A stretch of 32,000 bases of DNA from assembly GCF_900187275.1 (NCBI RefSeq), contig NZ_LT906458.1, positions 1,560,001 through 1,592,000 of the forward strand, written 5' to 3'. The position numbers and the translations under genes were made by a program. This document shows, in pieces, positions 10,226 to 18,827 of this stretch. This DNA is from Pasteurella multocida. GTDB taxonomy: Bacteria > Pseudomonadota > Gammaproteobacteria > Enterobacterales > Pasteurellaceae. Each line of letters opens with the position of its first letter. Position 1 is the stretch's first letter. The notes beneath the pieces were generated by a model, which saw only the letters and a program-made list of their open reading frames with translations, made no database searches and was not told where the DNA came from.

Positions 10226-10957
10226 TTATCCTATTTGAATTGCAGAACGCTGTTTAGACGAAGCATCGACTAAACGCTCATAAGTCGCGATTTGTTTATT
10301 AAGACTTGCAATTTCGGCTTCAAATCGACTGACATTCAAGCCACTGGATTTTTCTTTACTCGCCACCTCGCGCAATGTTTGTGCACGTTTTTTCATGGAG
10401 GCTAAATTGTTTTGTGCCGCTTTAATATCCGCATCAATTTGTGCAAGTTGTTTTTTCGCATCTGCTTGCTGAATCGCACCCGATTTTAATTGCTTGTTTA
10501 AATTCACGAGTGTTTTATTGTTTCTATCTAGCTGCGTTTTCGCTTTTGCAGTGGCTTTTCTCACCATGTCCGAATTTTTACGCGTTTCAGCAATATAGGC
10601 ATTCAAACGATCTTCTTTTTTAGCGTAGGCTTTGCGCTGTTTTTCCAGATAATAGTTCGTTCCCATTAATGCCCCACAGCCCGCTGCCGCACCTGCAACA
10701 CCGACCGCTGCCGCCGTGCCTGCATCTTTACCCGATAACAGTGCAACACCTGCACCTAATACCGCACCACCTGCGGCCCCCCATGCACAAGCATTCCAAC
10801 CTGAATCACTAAAGAACTCGGCTTCTTCGCCAGTAGAGAGGCTACTTTGCGAGCCAAAATAACTGCCCCCGGTATTTTGACAACCGGCGAGCACTACGGC
10901 AGTTGAAAGCGTGAGTACACCTAAAATAGATTTACGTGATTGTTTCATTTTCATCAT
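10226..10957 (-). CDS. Lipoprotein with glycine-zipper-like segment and coiled-coil tail
   Basis: 243 aa; lipobox STAVVLAGC; Gly/Ala-rich WGAAGGAVLGAGVALLSGKDAGTAAAVGVAGAAAGCGALMG; long coiled coil. Confidence 0.8.
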   Translation of the reverse strand: MMKMKQSRKSILGVLTLSTAVVLAGCQNTGGSYFGSQSSLSTGEEAEFFSDSGWNACAWGAAGGAVLGAGVALLSGKDAGTAAAVGVAGAAAGCGALMGTNYYLEKQRKAYAKKEDRLNAYIAETRKNSDMVRKATAKAKTQLDRNNKTLVNLNKQLKSGAIQQADAKKQLAQIDADIKAAQNNLASMKKRAQTLREVASKEKSSGLNVSRFEAEIASLNKQIATYERLVDASSKQRSAIQIG

Positions 10958-10958
10958 A

Positions 10959-12494
10959 TTAGTTCCCCTGTTTGACTTGAGTACATTTCTCTAACCATGC
11001 TTGACGGCTGATCTTGTTATCTTGATAATATTGCTCAAGATGTCGCCAGTAAAGATTAACATATTGTGTTAAGTTTGCTTTTCCACTACTGCTAACGATA
11101 GCATTCGTACGTGAAACCTGTGTTTCAATTGTTTGTTTATTATACGTTGTTGAGCTTGCCACGATTGTATCAGCATAATACTTCAACACAAAATCCCGTG
11201 CGTTTTCTGATTCTGCTAACCGATTTTTGGCATTCGTTTCTTTTTCACTGTTGGGATAAAGTGCGGTCATTGCCTCGAGAATTTTCTTATTTTGCTCCAC
11301 TTCGCCTTGTAAATCTGACACGTTGGCACACAAAAATGCCCCCAATTGTAAGGCAGAACGCACGGCAGAATCCCGTTGTTCATCACGTTCTAAATTCGCC
11401 GCACGCAATTGCTCTTTAGTGTTATTGAGCTCTTGTTTTAATTTTTCATCTACCGTGTTATTTGCCAGTTCTTCTAGCTTATCCACAATCTTGCTATTTT
11501 CCCCTTTTTCAGGTTGTTGATGATCTTTGCCCAATGCCTCCCACGCTTTTTCAACGGATTTAATACGCTCACTGGACGTGAGTAACGGTGCGGCAATCAC
11601 CACACGGAAGCCCACATCTTTGGCTTTTTTTGCGCCTTGTTGGTCATAAAAAGGCATTTCTAAGCGTAAGACATTATTCACATCAGCTTCTGATTTTAAA
11701 TAGCTGCCCCCCCGAACAATTACGCCCCCTTCTTGACCATGGTAGCGGCTTAATTTATTCATTTTGAAACTGTCAAACATCATTTCACTGGCATTGCCTA
11801 AAGTATCAAATAGCCCTAATGGATTCGGTTTTAAACGCCCAATCACTTGCAGGCGACCATTCGCCGATTTGGCATTATTAAACCAAGCATAATTGACTAA
11901 GCCGTCTTGCATTGGGAAAGTATTTTCACGAAATTCCGATGGTGTCACGGCAACACCACCACGAGAAGCAAATTCCCATTCCACGTTGGTCGGTAAACGC
12001 ACAAAGCCTGCGACCCCATCTTCTGTCGGTAACGCGCCTTTCGCCTGTTTCAGTAACCATTCATTGTATTTCTGCGTAAACGTCATGGCATCAAACCAAG
12101 TGATATTGGTCATCGGCAACAATCCCTTTAGTGTGGGCGTATTACATTTTTCCGTCATCACCGCTTGATACTGTGCTTCGGTCACTTCATATTTCGCCAT
12201 CAAAAAGAAACGCTCTTTGTCTTTATCGGCAAATCCACCCGCAATATAGTTTGGGGTGGCATATTCTGCATAACCATCTTGTTCACGATTTCCCCCTAAT
12301 GTCACTAAGGTGTCTTCTAAAGGTTGTTGCGTATTGGTTCTCACCACGCGAAACACCATATTTCCCTCACAGGGCAACGGCAAAATGACATCATTCTCTA
12401 ACGGCTGAGGGTTATAAAATTTCTCTTCCCAAGCGGCTTGTGTTGCACTACTCACCACACACAAGCTCAATAAGGTATATACATATTTACACAT
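10959..12494 (-). CDS. Exported SUMF1/FGE-sulfatase-fold domain protein with C-terminal coiled coil
   Basis: ORF track opens at 12575, but M28 (12494) begins the signal peptide MCKYVYTLLSLCVVSSATQAAW and overlaps the upstream stop (gATGtgTAA). FGE-like motifs: FFLMAKYEVTEAQYQAVM, VRLPTNVEWEFASRGG, NTFPMQDGLVNYAWFNN, LGNASEM, VIVRGGSY. Confidence 0.8.
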   Translation of the reverse strand: MCKYVYTLLSLCVVSSATQAAWEEKFYNPQPLENDVILPLPCEGNMVFRVVRTNTQQPLEDTLVTLGGNREQDGYAEYATPNYIAGGFADKDKERFFLMAKYEVTEAQYQAVMTEKCNTPTLKGLLPMTNITWFDAMTFTQKYNEWLLKQAKGALPTEDGVAGFVRLPTNVEWEFASRGGVAVTPSEFRENTFPMQDGLVNYAWFNNAKSANGRLQVIGRLKPNPLGLFDTLGNASEMMFDSFKMNKLSRYHGQEGGVIVRGGSYLKSEADVNNVLRLEMPFYDQQGAKKAKDVGFRVVIAAPLLTSSERIKSVEKAWEALGKDHQQPEKGENSKIVDKLEELANNTVDEKLKQELNNTKEQLRAANLERDEQRDSAVRSALQLGAFLCANVSDLQGEVEQNKKILEAMTALYPNSEKETNAKNRLAESENARDFVLKYYADTIVASSTTYNKQTIETQVSRTNAIVSSSGKANLTQYVNLYWRHLEQYYQDNKISRQAWLEKCTQVKQGN

Positions 12495-13719
12495 CTCGTA
12501 AACTCTCCGCGGGCTGAATCCGAATGGCTCGTATTGCACCAATAGCAGCGACGATCGCCGATAAAATAAAAGCAATCATAAACGCAAACACTAAATGCAA
12601 TGGCTGCAAATGACTAATAAAAGGCGTATCCGCCAAATTGTTGGTTAAAATATGGTTAAACAATTGGCTTCCCACAACAAAAAATAAGTAAGACATCAAA
12701 AAAGCCACACTGCTTAAAATCACTGCTTGTAAAATCAAAAAGCCCATCACGCCAATTGATTGAAATCCGAGCAAGCGTAGGACGGCAATTTCTTTTCTTT
12801 TGCGATCAATATTGGCTAAAAATGCCCCCACCAAAGACAGAATACAGCCCATAATCGAGGTGACGGCAATAACAAGAAAAATCACATTTAAAACGGCATC
12901 AATCGCTTTGACATTTTCAATGGCTTTAGCTTCTGTGCGTGTATCGATATTTTTCGCACGTAATTTCAACGCCAACAACGCCACATCATCTAACTGTTTG
13001 GCATAAATACGCGCTCTCGCAAAGGTCTCTCTTGCCTGCTCTCTCACTTGCCCTGACATAGCAGGAAAGACGTCTGTTTGAAAACCATCACGAAAATCCT
13101 CAATGCCCACTACAGTTTCCAAATCCACAAAGGCAGCCGGGCGTGAGAAACGAGTTTCTGGTAGGATATTTTCCACAATCAGTTCGAGGTGCCCTTTTTC
13201 CGTCAACCCCGCATAGTTTCGCGTTGCCAGTAAGGTAATCTTATCTCCCGATCTCACTTGTAATTTTTCAGCCGCTAAGGCCGTTAATACCGCCGCTTTT
13301 TTTTGTTGAAGCTGAAGCGGGGCTAAAATAGGGTCATTGGGTGCGGTAGGTAAGAGTTCCACATCAGACACAAAATGGCGAGTATCACTACGCAAGTCAA
13401 CAATCGTATTCAGTGAACGGGTTAAGGGGATCACGAACTGCGTTTCAGGTTGCTGTTGTAGCCAAGCAAACCATTCTGAAGATAAATTCAAATTACCCAC
13501 GATTTTGATTTCTAAGTGGCGGGGATCATTCATCAGCTGTGCACGTAATTGGGAAACCACGCCATATTTTAAGCTGAATAAAAGCAACAAGGGCGCAATC
13601 ACGGCAATCAAGGAAGCAATAATACAAAACGACACATTGCGATCATAGCGGAGATCACGCCATGCTAATTGGCTTAATAAGTGGATTTTTTTCCCAAAAG
13701 AGATTGCTTGCATATTCAT
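12487..13719 (-). CDS. FtsX/MacB/LolC-type ABC transporter permease
   Basis: ORF track opens at 13773; M19 (13719) is the likelier start. N-terminal TM, large extracytoplasmic domain, then three C-terminal TMs with IDRKRKEIAVLRLLGFQ and terminal RIQPAESLRDV. Confidence 0.85.
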   Translation of the reverse strand: MNMQAISFGKKIHLLSQLAWRDLRYDRNVSFCIIASLIAVIAPLLLLFSLKYGVVSQLRAQLMNDPRHLEIKIVGNLNLSSEWFAWLQQQPETQFVIPLTRSLNTIVDLRSDTRHFVSDVELLPTAPNDPILAPLQLQQKKAAVLTALAAEKLQVRSGDKITLLATRNYAGLTEKGHLELIVENILPETRFSRPAAFVDLETVVGIEDFRDGFQTDVFPAMSGQVREQARETFARARIYAKQLDDVALLALKLRAKNIDTRTEAKAIENVKAIDAVLNVIFLVIAVTSIMGCILSLVGAFLANIDRKRKEIAVLRLLGFQSIGVMGFLILQAVILSSVAFLMSYLFFVVGSQLFNHILTNNLADTPFISHLQPLHLVFAFMIAFILSAIVAAIGAIRAIRIQPAESLRDV

Positions 13720-13723
13720 TCTC

Positions 13724-14431
13724 TCAGCCGATGTCGGTAAAAATTGCGTGTTGTGGGGACAGTAAATTGGCACTTAAGGCTCGCAGCTGCTTACGTTTCA
13801 CCAATTCCCAGTCATGAGTAACCAATAACACAGAAATATTCTGTTGTGCTACCAGATCTAAAATCAAACTAAACAACACGTCAGCATGATGAGGATCTAA
13901 CGCAGAAGTAGGTTCATCTGCCAATAAAACTAAGGGTTTATGTGCAACCGCGCGAATAAAAGCGACACGTTGACGCTCCCCAATCGACAGTTGTTTCGGG
14001 TACTTTGTTAAAAGATGTCCAATATTCAATTCTTGGCACAAGAAGGCAACCCATTGCTGATCGACGTAGCTCTGCAATAACGCGTTCGGCAATTCAATAT
14101 TTTGTGCAACAGTTAAAAAGGGCAGTAATCCGCCATTTTGTAGCATAAACCCGAGTTTCTCTGCGCGAATTTGAGCCAACGCGGGTTGGTTTTGCTGTTG
14201 AATCAGACGATGAATGTCCAACAGTGCTCCTTGCTTGCCCAATTGAAAACCGCTTAGCTGCTCAGGCTGAAGAATCAGACCGATCATTTCCAATAGGGTG
14301 CTTTTGCCACAACCACTTGTGCCTTGAATCGCCAAGACGTCTCCATCCGCGAGATGCAGTGTCGGTAAAGACACGGTGAAACGTTGTTCCCCTTTTCCTC
14401 GTGTCACAGACATATTTTCAATACAAAGCAC
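13724..14431 (-). CDS. ABC transporter ATP-binding protein (MacB/LolD/FtsE class)
   Basis: 235 aa; Walker A GTSGCGKSTLLEMIGL, signature LSIGERQRVAFIRAVAHKP, Walker B LVLLADEPTSALD. Confidence 0.93.
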   Translation of the reverse strand: MLCIENMSVTRGKGEQRFTVSLPTLHLADGDVLAIQGTSGCGKSTLLEMIGLILQPEQLSGFQLGKQGALLDIHRLIQQQNQPALAQIRAEKLGFMLQNGGLLPFLTVAQNIELPNALLQSYVDQQWVAFLCQELNIGHLLTKYPKQLSIGERQRVAFIRAVAHKPLVLLADEPTSALDPHHADVLFSLILDLVAQQNISVLLVTHDWELVKRKQLRALSANLLSPQHAIFTDIG

Positions 14432-14449
14432 AATCTCACCCTTTGTTTG

Positions 14450-16474
14450 TTATGGTAAGGCTTCTAAAGGCACGGGATAAACAAAATCACGTGGATCACT
14501 GCCTTCTGATAAAGAGATCCAACGACTTTGATCTTCATTAAAGACACGATAATGACGTAATTTACTGTGTAGTTCACGAATGAACTTTTCTTGTTCCTGT
14601 ACGCTCATGCCTTTCCAAGTGTCCTCATCAATAGATGTCACTTGGCTTTTATAAGGAATATTGTCAAGATACTCCCCTAATAAGCCTAAATCCGCGATCT
14701 TAGTTGCACTTTCTGCCTTAATTTTACTTGGATCTTGTCCCATTGCCGCAGCCACAGAACGTAGCTGTGCAAACATATCATTGGGTGAAATTAAGCCTTC
14801 ATTGGCGGCATCAGCGATCTTTTTCACCACATCACTCAAGTCACTTAATTGTGATTTGGTCAATAACACACGTGCTTCAGCCGTCGGGACAGTTGGTTTG
14901 GCAAAATCTTTATCACTGATCCACGCTTTAAACACTGGTGGCGCTTTTGTTCCTTTCTCGCCGCCTAAATAGGCAAGTTGCATTGCACGCCCTAACAACA
15001 TGGCATCTTGCTCAATTTCAGAGGTCGGCGCTGGCGCAGATTTTTTCTCTTTTTCGACCGCACTTAATGCACTGCCTGCCGCCATTTCACCACGATAAGC
15101 CAATTTCACTTGTGCCGTGAGGGCTTTCGCTAAGGTGCTAATTTTCTCACCAAACTCATTTACATCACCGGCATTCACTGGATAATACAGCGCTTTATTT
15201 AAATAATGATTAAAGGCTAAATCGGTATATTGTGCTTGCGCTTGTTCGTGATTCTTCGCGCCAGAAGGCGTTTTTAAATGTAAGGCATAAATCGCCACAC
15301 CACGATGTTGGGCTTCTAAGCGTAATTGTTTAGCATCTAATCCTGTGGTGGAAATCGGATTATCGCCTTCAATCGCCCCCGCATCAGTAATCAAGACCAT
15401 ATAACGTGCGCCAAACTGGTTCCATTGAATTTCATTCAGTGCTTGGTTAATCCCCGCATACGCATCTTCACTAAATTCTTTACTCGACACTTTGGCTTGT
15501 TTTAATGAGGCGACTTTTTGCATAAAGTCTTTCCCGTCTTTCACGGTAGTCGGATCTACAAACATTTTTGAAGTATATTCCAACCCTTTAACCGCTTTAG
15601 TACTGGAACGGAATGCCACCAAGCCGAACTTCACTTGTTCGCCTAAATTCTCTTTTTCAATTTGATCGTACACTTGTTTGATCGCTTCTCGCGTCCGATT
15701 AATATAAGGATCCATCGAAATCGTCGAGTCAATCACAAACACCACTGCGGCACGAAAACCCGTCACTTCTTGTGGATTATCCGCCGTCGCCGTTTTTTTC
15801 GCATCCGATGACACGGTCTTTGTGCTGGTATCAGTACGCGTCGGCGATGTGGTTAATGTTCCTTCTTGTTTACTAACTGAGGCGACTTCTAAAGCACGCT
15901 CATAAAACCCTTTGGCATTCATCACTTCTTCGCCTTGTAAAATCGGTAGCAAATAGAAGTTTTTCTGAAAATCAACAAATTCACTTGGCTCTTGTGCTAA
16001 CACCGCAGGATGCGCTTTATTTGCAGTCAATGCCTGACGTATTGGATTGACCACTTGTACAGGATCTTCGGCATTAATCACTTGATCTAACGCGCTTCGG
16101 TCTTTAAAAAAGAGTAAAGGATCACGTTCTGCGGGATTAGTAAACACCAGTGTCATTTGCATCTGCCAAGGCACTGCACAGCTTTCATCAAGCCAGCCCA
16201 CTGTTTTACCAAACGTATCGGGACCCACTTGCACCAAGCTTTTCCCCGCCTGATTTTCACGTTTATACACGTAGTAACGAGAAAACGCGGGAATTTTTTT
16301 CCCCGATGTTGCCTGTTGATTGTCTAACAGCTCACAACTGGGTGTACTCAATACACGTTGATAAAGGGTGGTTTTCCCTTCTTGCAATAGCGGCTTTTGC
16401 TCCGCCTGTGCATGCAAACTCAAAGGCAGTAAGCCACATAACACATAAAGGGGCAGCAAATTCAATCTTGTCAT
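14450..16474 (-). CDS. Exported VWA-domain protein, PpkA C-terminal-domain-like
   Basis: 674 aa; signal peptide MTRLNLLPLYVLCGLLPLSLHAQA; VWA domain AAVFVIDSTISMDPYINRTREAIKQVYDQI...FGLVAFRSSTKAVKGLEYTSKMF...YMVLITDAGAI. Confidence 0.8.
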   Translation of the reverse strand: MTRLNLLPLYVLCGLLPLSLHAQAEQKPLLQEGKTTLYQRVLSTPSCELLDNQQATSGKKIPAFSRYYVYKRENQAGKSLVQVGPDTFGKTVGWLDESCAVPWQMQMTLVFTNPAERDPLLFFKDRSALDQVINAEDPVQVVNPIRQALTANKAHPAVLAQEPSEFVDFQKNFYLLPILQGEEVMNAKGFYERALEVASVSKQEGTLTTSPTRTDTSTKTVSSDAKKTATADNPQEVTGFRAAVVFVIDSTISMDPYINRTREAIKQVYDQIEKENLGEQVKFGLVAFRSSTKAVKGLEYTSKMFVDPTTVKDGKDFMQKVASLKQAKVSSKEFSEDAYAGINQALNEIQWNQFGARYMVLITDAGAIEGDNPISTTGLDAKQLRLEAQHRGVAIYALHLKTPSGAKNHEQAQAQYTDLAFNHYLNKALYYPVNAGDVNEFGEKISTLAKALTAQVKLAYRGEMAAGSALSAVEKEKKSAPAPTSEIEQDAMLLGRAMQLAYLGGEKGTKAPPVFKAWISDKDFAKPTVPTAEARVLLTKSQLSDLSDVVKKIADAANEGLISPNDMFAQLRSVAAAMGQDPSKIKAESATKIADLGLLGEYLDNIPYKSQVTSIDEDTWKGMSVQEQEKFIRELHSKLRHYRVFNEDQSRWISLSEGSDPRDFVYPVPLEALP

Positions 16475-16514
16475 ACGTTCCTCTCAATATTCAGCACTCA
16501 GTCTGCCAGTCGAT

Positions 16515-17489
16515 CTATTTTTTTAATTCCGCTAAGGCTTTTTTCGCGGCGTCATTATTCGGATCAATCGACAATGCGGTTTCATACCAATAGATCGCAT
16601 TCTCTTTATCTAATGCAAAACAAGGACTGCCTGTCACATATTCTTTGGCATAAGCAACTGCCAATTCCACATTGCCACTTTGCGCTTGATGTGCGTATAA
16701 ACGTTGTGCAATGCTACATTTATTGGCTGCTTTTGCCTCCGCAATAGTGTCTAACAAGCGTTGATTATTTGGTTTTGTTTTTAAGCAAGATTGAATAAAC
16801 GCCAGTTCATCGCTACTGTTTGCGATACTGCATTCCGCCGTGACTGGTGGTGCCGTTTTATCAGATTGATGAGCAAAGAAGAAATACGCGACTGCCGCCC
16901 CAATCCCTAAGAGTAACACCAATAAGCCAATGAGTAGTCCTGTCTTACTTTTTTTCGGTTCTACCGGTGTTGGCGCCATGTCCACTGTTGGTTCATGACT
17001 TAACGGTATTTCTGGGACATCTTCAATCGGCGTTTCCACCGTTGGTGTTTCAACAACTTCAACCGCTTCAACCAGAGAAGGTGCCTCTTCCACTTGTACC
17101 GGAGGTGTCATTTCTCTCACATCACTTTCACGTGATGAATCACCACCAGCAGAAGAGGCTAAGATATTACCAATTAAACTCAATGGACCACTGTCTTCCA
17201 CTTGACCATCGCGTACTTGTAATAAAAAGCGGACATTGCCACTTTGGCGGATTAATCCGTCAACAAGCCAAGGACCAATTCGTCCTTGTAACGCATCGCC
17301 CACTACATTCAGTTCGGTAGTTTTATGCCAAACCGGTTCCGGCGTCCATTTATCCTCACCCGCAAAATAATGACTATCTTGATTACGTTGAACGGCAAGT
17401 TCCACTTCATGACTGCCTTTCCATTTACGTGCACTCAATTGTGCATAGCCCGGGCTATCTTCTCTTAATTCAATTCGTAACACCGTCAA
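16515..17489 (-). CDS. One-TM protein with extracytoplasmic TPR/Sel1-like tail, srf cluster associated
   Basis: 324 aa; N-terminal domain, Pro/Glu/Val-rich linker, TM KTGLLIGLLVLLLGIGAAVAYFFF, tail LAVAYAKEYVTGSPCFALDKENAIYWYETALSIDPNNDAAKKALAELKK. Confidence 0.6.
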   Translation of the reverse strand: MTVLRIELREDSPGYAQLSARKWKGSHEVELAVQRNQDSHYFAGEDKWTPEPVWHKTTELNVVGDALQGRIGPWLVDGLIRQSGNVRFLLQVRDGQVEDSGPLSLIGNILASSAGGDSSRESDVREMTPPVQVEEAPSLVEAVEVVETPTVETPIEDVPEIPLSHEPTVDMAPTPVEPKKSKTGLLIGLLVLLLGIGAAVAYFFFAHQSDKTAPPVTAECSIANSSDELAFIQSCLKTKPNNQRLLDTIAEAKAANKCSIAQRLYAHQAQSGNVELAVAYAKEYVTGSPCFALDKENAIYWYETALSIDPNNDAAKKALAELKK

Positions 17490-17501
17490 TTCCTCTTCTT
17501 G

Positions 17502-18818
17502 TTATTCTGTCAGTTGTGCGGCACGGAAAGCGCGTAACACATTCCCTAACTGTGCATTTTGTGCCGCATTTATTTCACGTCCAGCACTATGTCCTGCATT
17601 ATTTACGGCAAAATGCCCAAATGCCACAAGCCAATCTAGACGATAATTATCATCATAATTGCTGGTATGATCATTCAATTTTGGTAAGCCGTTATGTTGC
17701 TCAACGGGACGTTGTTCAAAAATCATTTGCCCCGCCAACACTCTGCTGGCTGGACGTTGTTCTAGTGCTATGTCTGAATAGCCTAACCAAGCAATAAAAT
17801 CAGCAATAGCGGTATTCATAGTAAAGACTTGTCGCTCAGCCAATTGATCACGTTTGCTCCCGCTACGTTCATTACGTAACGCGATTTTTGACAATTGCTC
17901 TTGCAATTTTAATCTTGTCGCACCTGTCACCAATTCATTGACAACATTTTCGACATTATCTACTGACACGCCCAAATATTGCATTAAACGGTGATCAGCG
18001 GTTAAATTGCGTAAATGGCTGACCCACGCCTTGAACACGGCTTGCGCAAAGCGTGATTCTTCCACTTTTTCAATACGTTGTGGCGTGGTCGTGGTAACTG
18101 GGGCTGGATCACTAAATAAATCGAACTCTTCTGCCGGTGAATAGGTTTGTTCAACCTCTTCTTCGCCTAATATGTCATCTAAATCAGAGAAATACAGCGA
18201 GCGTATTGTTTCTTCCGGTAACTGCAGATGACGCAATAATTCGCCCATACAAAGAGAACGTGGATTTTGTGGATGTAATTCTTTTGCGAGCGCATTGGCT
18301 AATTGTCGTTTTTTCGCCACTTCTTCTTCGCCATCACTTTGATACCAGCTCGCAAAACGATTCTCGACAAAGTGGTGAATCCGTTCGTTCAATTGCTCGG
18401 TTAAACGATGGGCTTTCACTTCAGGTAGGGCGATGGTTTCTAAATACTGGCTAATGCGTTTCATCCCACCATCATTCAGTAATAACATCGCATCCCAAGC
18501 TTCTTCTGGTTGAGCAATATGTTTGCGAATATCGGGATCTTGACAAAACGTGCGTTTTAACAAGGAAAGTTGTGCAGTTTCACTCTGATTGATACTGACT
18601 TCGTTTTCCCCTTCGACATTTAAGAAAGGGACTTTAAAGCCGGGTTTACGTACCAAGAAAACATTATCAAACGGGTTGCCATTTGCCCAATTATTAAACC
18701 AGTCATAATTGCCAAAACGTTCTAAAATAGTTTGTTTTAATAAACCACCCGAACCCCAAGAAATTTTTAATAATTCTTCCTCTTTGGTTAAATCCTGACT
18801 AATACGCATATCAAACAT
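17502..18818 (-). CDS. srfC: SrfC-like protein, C-terminal part (in frame with upstream ORF after a single TAG)
   Basis: 438 aa beginning MFDMRISQDLTKEEELLKISWGSGG; same frame as 18828..20162, separated by TAG plus codons for A-I-T. Confidence 0.7.
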   Translation of the reverse strand: MFDMRISQDLTKEEELLKISWGSGGLLKQTILERFGNYDWFNNWANGNPFDNVFLVRKPGFKVPFLNVEGENEVSINQSETAQLSLLKRTFCQDPDIRKHIAQPEEAWDAMLLLNDGGMKRISQYLETIALPEVKAHRLTEQLNERIHHFVENRFASWYQSDGEEEVAKKRQLANALAKELHPQNPRSLCMGELLRHLQLPEETIRSLYFSDLDDILGEEEVEQTYSPAEEFDLFSDPAPVTTTTPQRIEKVEESRFAQAVFKAWVSHLRNLTADHRLMQYLGVSVDNVENVVNELVTGATRLKLQEQLSKIALRNERSGSKRDQLAERQVFTMNTAIADFIAWLGYSDIALEQRPASRVLAGQMIFEQRPVEQHNGLPKLNDHTSNYDDNYRLDWLVAFGHFAVNNAGHSAGREINAAQNAQLGNVLRAFRAAQLTE

Positions 18819-18827
18819 CGTAATCGC

